The notes beneath the pieces are model-generated. The model saw nothing but the letters and a program-made list of their open reading frames with translations. It had not been told where the DNA came from and did not search any database. Shown in pieces: positions 58,844 through 64,000 of a DNA stretch of 64,000 nucleotides (positions are counted from its first letter, which is position 1; each line of letters opens with the position of its first letter). The DNA lies in the NCBI GenBank assembly GCA_900318175.1, contig ONJQ01000011.1, forward strand, positions 5,373-69,372. Reading direction: 5' to 3'. The position numbers and the translations under genes were made by a program. The DNA is from an uncultured Bacteroidales bacterium. Lineage in GTDB: Bacteria > Bacteroidota > Bacteroidia > Bacteroidales > P3.

Positions 58844-58864
58844 GAGCTAACCGCCCATATTCTC
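58844..58864 (+). repeat. partial fourth copy (5' end only) of the cassette-junction module
   Basis: GAGCTAACCGCCCATATTCTC matches the first 21 nt of copy C with 3 mismatches. It marks the right edge of the array. Confidence 0.55.
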
Positions 58865-59023
58865 GCTGTAAGAATCTGGACAATTCCGATGTGTATGAGA
58901 ATAGGCTCGCGGAAGGTTCACGCCTTGGGCGTGGATTATTCGTGTCTTATTAATACACATGGCAGTCCAGAGCCATTACGGATAATAAGGAGCAAGAAAA
59001 TAATAATCTAACGCACTTTTTAT

Positions 59024-62000
59024 ATGAAACAGAAATTATTAACTCTCACCATCTTATTGATGGGAATCTCTCCAAATGTTTTTGCTTACGATTTCTCCGG
59101 TTTAGCACCCACTGGGCAGACTTTGTATTTCAATATTGTTAATGATGGTGCACAAGTAACATACCCGGGTTCGAGTGGGGGGTACTGGACTGGATATACC
59201 ATGCCGACAGGTAACCTCATTATCCCCGATAGTGTATCTCATGGGGGTCATTCATTTGCTGTCACCTCTATTGACTCCTATGCATTCATTAATTGCAATG
59301 GACTTACATCAGTCACGATACCTGCACCTGTCACAGCCATAGGAGATTCATCTTTTTCCAATTGTAGTGGACTTGCTAATGTACATTATAATGCCAGTAA
59401 TTGTACTAATGCTGGTCGTGTTAGCTATCATTGGTGGGAGCGGGATTTGTATGAAGATGACTACTCAATCGTTAATGCCTTTAGTGGGTGCAATAATATA
59501 CAGCATATTGATATAGGGGATAATGTAACAAGGATTCCTGATTTTATTTTTTATGGATGTGCTTTTTCTTCCGTTAATATTCCTAGTAACGTATCGTACA
59601 TTGGACGTTTGGCATTTGGGTTCTGTGGAGACTCTTCAACCGTTTATTTTAATGCAGCTAATTGTTTGTATGCGGGAGATTTTTTTACAGATGGGTATGA
59701 AATGTGGCATTGGGCTAGTGCTTTCTATGGTACTAGTATATCAGAAGTGTTTTTGGGGGATGAAGTAACATCAATCCCGCCGTTTTTATTTGCTGGTTGT
59801 ACGATAGGCTCTATAACAATACCAGACTCTATTAACTCAATAGGCGAATACGCTTTTGGCTTTTGTAATATTACCACTATGTATTACAATGCTATTAATT
59901 GCACAACTTATTATACTCCAGGTACCACTGCTCTTCACTATTATGTCGGGGCGGTTAGAGATGGCGGGACTGCTATTATTCATAGCAGTATCTCCACACT
60001 AAATATAGGGAATGATGTGCAGACCGTGAATAATATTCAAAGATGTAATGGAACGATCTTGAATCTTAATACTATCCCAAGGGATATGATTGGTGACCAC
60101 CCTTTTGATTTAGAAGGTTCAATTTTTTTCTCTGATTATTATTGGAGTAATAGATTTTCTATTGTAAATATCGGAAATGGTATTACTGACATTCCAGGTG
60201 GTTTGTTTTCCGAGAGTAGAATTCGTTCAGTGACAATTCCTAGCACAGTTACAACCATAGGAGTGGGGGCTTTCAGAGGATGTAGTTCTTTGGATTCTAT
60301 CTCAATTCCCAACTCGGTCACAACTATTAATGAGTTTGCTTTTTCTGGTTGCAGTAGCTTGAATTCTATTACCCTTGGTAGTTCCATCGATACTATTCGT
60401 TCTTATGCATTTAATGGTTGCTCTGGATTGCATCAAATTATTTCGTTAAATAATTCTGCACCGAGATTGTATCCATATTCATGGGTTGATGATTCTATTA
60501 ATATATTTGATGGTGTAAGTTCAACTATACCAATTATTATCCCATGTGGTAGTCTGGCTTCTTATCAATCAGAATGGTATTATTTTTCCAATTTCATAGT
60601 AGATATACCTTATGTTCTCTCTGTAATATCGGCAGATAACAGCATGGGTACTGTATCAGTATCAGATAGCTCATGCCCATTTCCTGTGGTAGATATTATG
60701 GCTACGGCCAACCCCGGATATAGATTCAACCATTGGAGTGACCATAACACAGATAATCCTCGCACCCTTACATTAAGCATGGATACTACATTAGTAGCAT
60801 ACTTTTCCATAGACAACTCCGTGGCAGACACAGTGTTTGTTCTGGATACGGTCATTATACACGACACAACCTTCATTAACAATTACTTCCATGATACAAC
60901 TTATATCAACAACTATATCTATGATACAAGCTATGTCACCACATACGTCCACGACACGCTGATTGCCTACGTGAACCAGTATGTGCATGACACCACGTTT
61001 ATCACCAACTACATCCACGACACCAGCTATATCTACCGCACGCAGTATGACACCCTGTTTGTCTACAACACCGTCCACGATACCGCTTGGCTCACCGCCT
61101 ACATTCATGACACCGCCTTTATCAATAACTACATCCACGATACCGTGTGGCTGACACAGACGGTGTGGGATTATATACACGACACGGTGATAAAGCATGT
61201 ACACCACTATATCCACGACACCACTTTCATCAACAACTATATCCACGACACAACCTATCTAACTCAGTATGTAGACCGCTATATTCACGACACAGTGATG
61301 CAATTTGTCAACCAGTACATCCATGACACCACATTTATCAACAACTACATCCACGACACAGTGATCAACTACGTGAACAATTACATTCACGATACCACTT
61401 TTATCAACAATTACCTGCACGACACAGTATGGATGACCAATTATGTCTATGACACAGTCTATATCAACAACACAGTCCACGACACTGCCTATATCACACA
61501 GTATGTCCATGATACCACATTTGTGAACAATTACGTCCACGACACGTTGATTGCATACGTGAACCAGTATGTACATGACACCACTTTTATAACCAACTAC
61601 ATCCACGACACCAGCTATATCTACCGCACGCAGTACGACACCCTGTTTGTCTATAACACCGTCCACGACACCGCCTGGCTCACTGCATACGTCCATGACA
61701 CCGCCTTTGTGAATAACTATATCCATGATACCTTATGGTTGACGCAGACTGTGTGGGAATATATCCACGACACGGTGATAGAACACGTACATCATTACAT
61801 ACACGACACCACGATTGTGAACAATTACATACACGACACCGTGATGCAGTACGTGAACCAGTACATTCATGACACCACCTTCATCAACAACTACATTCAC
61901 GACACAGTGTTCAACTATATAAACAACTACATCCATGACACGACGTTTATCACCAATTACGTTCATGATACCACCTTCTACCCTGTCTATATCCATGATA

Positions 62001-62914
62001 CAACCTTTGTGAATAACTATATTCACGACACACTGTTCCGCACTCGCTATGTCTATGACACTACCTATATCAACAACTATATACACGACACGGTGCTGGT
62101 CTATGTCACCGCAGGAGATGACACCACATATATCAACAACTACGTACACGACACTCTCTACATCTATCGCACCCTCTACGACACCATCTTTGTCTATACC
62201 CACGTCCACGACACCACCTTCCTCACTCAGTACATCCACGACACTGCTTTTGTGAATCACTATATCCACGACACACTCTACCTCACCCAATGGATGTATG
62301 AGTATATCCACGACACCATCATCCGGACGGTGACAGAATACGTTCATGACACCACTTTCGTGAACAACTATATACACGACACCACCTACCTCGACCGCTA
62401 CATCTACGAGTACCTGCACGACACCATCATGCAGTACATCAACCACTACATTCATGACACCACCTATATCAACAACTACATCCACGACACCGTTCATCTG
62501 ACGCAGTACGTCCACGATACGGCGTTTATCTACCAGTACATCCACGACACTATCGTGAATTACGTGAACAACTACATCCACGACACCACCTTCATCAACA
62601 ACTACATCTATGACACCATCTACCTCTACCGCTATATCCACGACACAATCTATGTCCACGATACCATCTACATCCAGGAGGGCGAGGGCATAGACAACAT
62701 CGCGCTACTCAATGCCAAGATTTATCAGCGCAATGGGCAGATAGTGGTGGAGGGTGCTGAGGGGCATCCCGTGTATCTCTACGACGTGGTGGGGCGGTTG
62801 CTGGCCACCAAACGTGAGGCGGCACAGGAGGTGCTGCTCGATGTGCCTGCCTCGGGTGCTTACCTTGTCAAGATAGGCGACGCTCCCGCACGGCGCGTTG
62901 TCGTGCGACGGTAA
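59024..62914 (+). CDS. T9SS-secreted surface protein: signal peptide, BspA-type leucine-rich repeats, ~57 short (Y-I/V-H-D-T) repeats, type-A T9SS C-terminal sorting domain
   Basis: 1296 aa. The LRR_5-type units look like IPDSV..I..YAF..C..LTSVTIP. The repeat block spans 60850-62675. The CTD is IYQRNGQIVVEGAEGHPVYLYDVVGRLL..ASGAYLVKIGD..RRVVVRR. Confidence 0.85.
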   Translation: MKQKLLTLTILLMGISPNVFAYDFSGLAPTGQTLYFNIVNDGAQVTYPGSSGGYWTGYTMPTGNLIIPDSVSHGGHSFAVTSIDSYAFINCNGLTSVTIPAPVTAIGDSSFSNCSGLANVHYNASNCTNAGRVSYHWWERDLYEDDYSIVNAFSGCNNIQHIDIGDNVTRIPDFIFYGCAFSSVNIPSNVSYIGRLAFGFCGDSSTVYFNAANCLYAGDFFTDGYEMWHWASAFYGTSISEVFLGDEVTSIPPFLFAGCTIGSITIPDSINSIGEYAFGFCNITTMYYNAINCTTYYTPGTTALHYYVGAVRDGGTAIIHSSISTLNIGNDVQTVNNIQRCNGTILNLNTIPRDMIGDHPFDLEGSIFFSDYYWSNRFSIVNIGNGITDIPGGLFSESRIRSVTIPSTVTTIGVGAFRGCSSLDSISIPNSVTTINEFAFSGCSSLNSITLGSSIDTIRSYAFNGCSGLHQIISLNNSAPRLYPYSWVDDSINIFDGVSSTIPIIIPCGSLASYQSEWYYFSNFIVDIPYVLSVISADNSMGTVSVSDSSCPFPVVDIMATANPGYRFNHWSDHNTDNPRTLTLSMDTTLVAYFSIDNSVADTVFVLDTVIIHDTTFINNYFHDTTYINNYIYDTSYVTTYVHDTLIAYVNQYVHDTTFITNYIHDTSYIYRTQYDTLFVYNTVHDTAWLTAYIHDTAFINNYIHDTVWLTQTVWDYIHDTVIKHVHHYIHDTTFINNYIHDTTYLTQYVDRYIHDTVMQFVNQYIHDTTFINNYIHDTVINYVNNYIHDTTFINNYLHDTVWMTNYVYDTVYINNTVHDTAYITQYVHDTTFVNNYVHDTLIAYVNQYVHDTTFITNYIHDTSYIYRTQYDTLFVYNTVHDTAWLTAYVHDTAFVNNYIHDTLWLTQTVWEYIHDTVIEHVHHYIHDTTIVNNYIHDTVMQYVNQYIHDTTFINNYIHDTVFNYINNYIHDTTFITNYVHDTTFYPVYIHDTTFVNNYIHDTLFRTRYVYDTTYINNYIHDTVLVYVTAGDDTTYINNYVHDTLYIYRTLYDTIFVYTHVHDTTFLTQYIHDTAFVNHYIHDTLYLTQWMYEYIHDTIIRTVTEYVHDTTFVNNYIHDTTYLDRYIYEYLHDTIMQYINHYIHDTTYINNYIHDTVHLTQYVHDTAFIYQYIHDTIVNYVNNYIHDTTFINNYIYDTIYLYRYIHDTIYVHDTIYIQEGEGIDNIALLNAKIYQRNGQIVVEGAEGHPVYLYDVVGRLLATKREAAQEVLLDVPASGAYLVKIGDAPARRVVVRR
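60850..62675 (+). repeat. coding tandem repeat block, unit 30-42 bp (10-14 aa, consensus x-x-x-x-N/Q-Y-I/V-H-D-T), with a ~280-bp segmental duplication (60947-61225 vs 61535-61813)
   Basis: I counted 57-58 (H/Y/D)DT units in the supplied translation. The duplicated segments are offset by exactly 588 bp (196 codons). Confidence 0.9.
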
Positions 62915-63080
62915 CGTTTGAATGCGTTAATATGTGAACGTGTTAATTCTTTAATCAGACTAACTGAATACTATATTAACGGATTGAATAACACGAATTG
63001 CCTTGAATTAACCATTAATGGATAGTTCATGGAAATTCGTGTTTTTCTCATACACCTGTGTGCAATTCATTTTTTTTGCG

Positions 63081-63088
63081 TATCTTTG
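63081..63088 (+). promoter_or_regulatory. -7 box TATCTTTG upstream of the EEP-family gene
   Basis: Exact TAnnTTTG match 26 nt before the ATG at 63114. Confidence 0.6.
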
Positions 63089-63113
63089 CAATGTGAAATC
63101 AATTCTAACAAAG

Positions 63114-63974
63114 ATGAAGAGACTCTGTATTATCGCACTTTTTGCGGCTTTGGTCATGGGTTGCTCCAACACGCCAAAAGCCTATCCCGATTTGAAATTC
63201 ATGTCGTTTAACATCCGCCTCGGCAGCCAATGGGCCGAGAACGAGGACGGTCCCAACGCCTGGTCGCAGCGCAAGGAGGCCGTGGTGGCTATGATTCTGA
63301 AAGAGGCTCCCGACGCCATCGGGATGCAGGAGGTGCTTCCCCACCAGTTCCTTTACCTCGACAGCGCCCTGGCCGGGATGTATAAGGGCTTCGGCGTGGG
63401 CCGCGACAATGGGCTGCCCGCCACCGATACCGCCTGTGAAGGCGAAATCATGTGCATCTTCTACCGCACCGACCGTCTCGAACTCCTCGACCAGCACACA
63501 TACTGGCTGAGCGAGACCCCCGACAGCGTCAGCTTCGGCTGGGATGCCGCCTGCCGCCGCACTGTCACCATGGGCCTGTTCCACGACCTCACAACCGACA
63601 GCAATTTCGCCTATCTCAACACTCACCTCGACCACGTAGGCCCCGCAGCCCGCCGCAACTCCATCCTCGAGCTCTGCACCTTAAGCGAAACCTACCCCGG
63701 CCGCGTCATCCTTGGCGGCGACATGAACTCCACTTTGGAGGACAGCATCTTCCTCCCCCTGACCGCTGCCAACCTAATCTCCGCCCGCGACATTGCCGAC
63801 ACCACCGACAACGCCATCACCTACAATGCCTTTGGCAAAGCCGAGGGCAAACAAATCGACCACTTCTTTGTCCGCGGATGGTCGAAGGTGCCTCTCTTCC
63901 GCACCCTCAACGGCGACTACGGTGTGCCTTTTATTTCCGACCATTATCCCGTAATAACAACCCTCAGATATTAG
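63114..63974 (+). CDS. endonuclease/exonuclease/phosphatase (EEP) family lipoprotein
   Basis: The start is MKRLCIIALFAALVMGCS (lipobox). It contains FMSFNIRLG, GMQEV, NTHLDH, GGDMN and SDHYPV, which are the EEP catalytic motifs. The gene ends in TAG. Confidence 0.85.
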   Translation: MKRLCIIALFAALVMGCSNTPKAYPDLKFMSFNIRLGSQWAENEDGPNAWSQRKEAVVAMILKEAPDAIGMQEVLPHQFLYLDSALAGMYKGFGVGRDNGLPATDTACEGEIMCIFYRTDRLELLDQHTYWLSETPDSVSFGWDAACRRTVTMGLFHDLTTDSNFAYLNTHLDHVGPAARRNSILELCTLSETYPGRVILGGDMNSTLEDSIFLPLTAANLISARDIADTTDNAITYNAFGKAEGKQIDHFFVRGWSKVPLFRTLNGDYGVPFISDHYPVITTLRY

Positions 63975-64000
63975 TCAGGCCATGAATAAAAGAATGATCC

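Noticed and set aside
60791-62659. Three long minus-strand ORFs (60791-61246, 61259-61726, 61733-62659) inside the HDT-repeat block.
   Set aside because: They are a mirror-image artefact of the repeat (VVDIVVD.. strings). The plus-strand frame is continuous with a signal peptide, LRRs and a T9SS CTD.

Overview
The window looks like a chromosomal segment of a Bacteroidota (Bacteroidales, possibly Prevotellaceae-like) genome. The taxon call rests on three things: TAnnTTTG -7 promoter boxes in front of many genes, several T9SS C-terminal sorting domains, and a methylmalonyl-CoA decarboxylase/epimerase operon. No rRNA, tRNA or CRISPR array was seen. Most of the window is GC-rich housekeeping sequence. 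Recognisable genes are mmdA, mce, dxs, dapD, dnaN, ftsX, uppP, truB, queA, rarA, an ABC-F ATPase, ybaK, gyrB, pepE, rubrerythrin, elbB, mtaB, arcC and an ornithine carbamoyltransferase. The many long antisense ORFs in the track are shadow ORFs of these GC-rich genes. Four AT-richer accessory patches interrupt the core. (1) A compact type II restriction-modification pair sits exactly between gyrB and pepE (33.5-35.2 kb). (2) A single 1028-aa gene at 48.3-51.4 kb fuses an HD phosphohydrolase, an Hsp90/MORC-type GHKL ATPase and an unassigned AT-rich C-terminal half. It has its own promoter and abuts an 870-bp nested tandem repeat. This is my best candidate for an undescribed conflict/defence system. 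(3) A tandem array of small cassettes lies at 56.8-58.9 kb (an orphan small ORF, a RelE/ParE pair and a PIN/VapC pair). Each cassette is preceded by the same roughly 100-bp terminator-plus-promoter module. (4) A 1296-aa T9SS cargo protein at 59.0-62.9 kb carries BspA-type LRRs followed by about 57 copies of an unusual 10-14-residue (Y-I/V-H-D-T) repeat. Other notable points are listed here. A roughly 1770-codon alpha-2-macroglobulin-like gene is split by one in-frame TAG. An ECF sigma factor is translationally coupled to a membrane protein that ends in a T9SS type-B sorting domain. A dispersed family of roughly 110-bp imperfect palindromes shares a GAAGGAGCG core. There is also one promoter-plus-terminator unit with no CDS, which is an sRNA candidate. 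All functional calls come from motif and family recognition by eye on the supplied translations. No database search was run.
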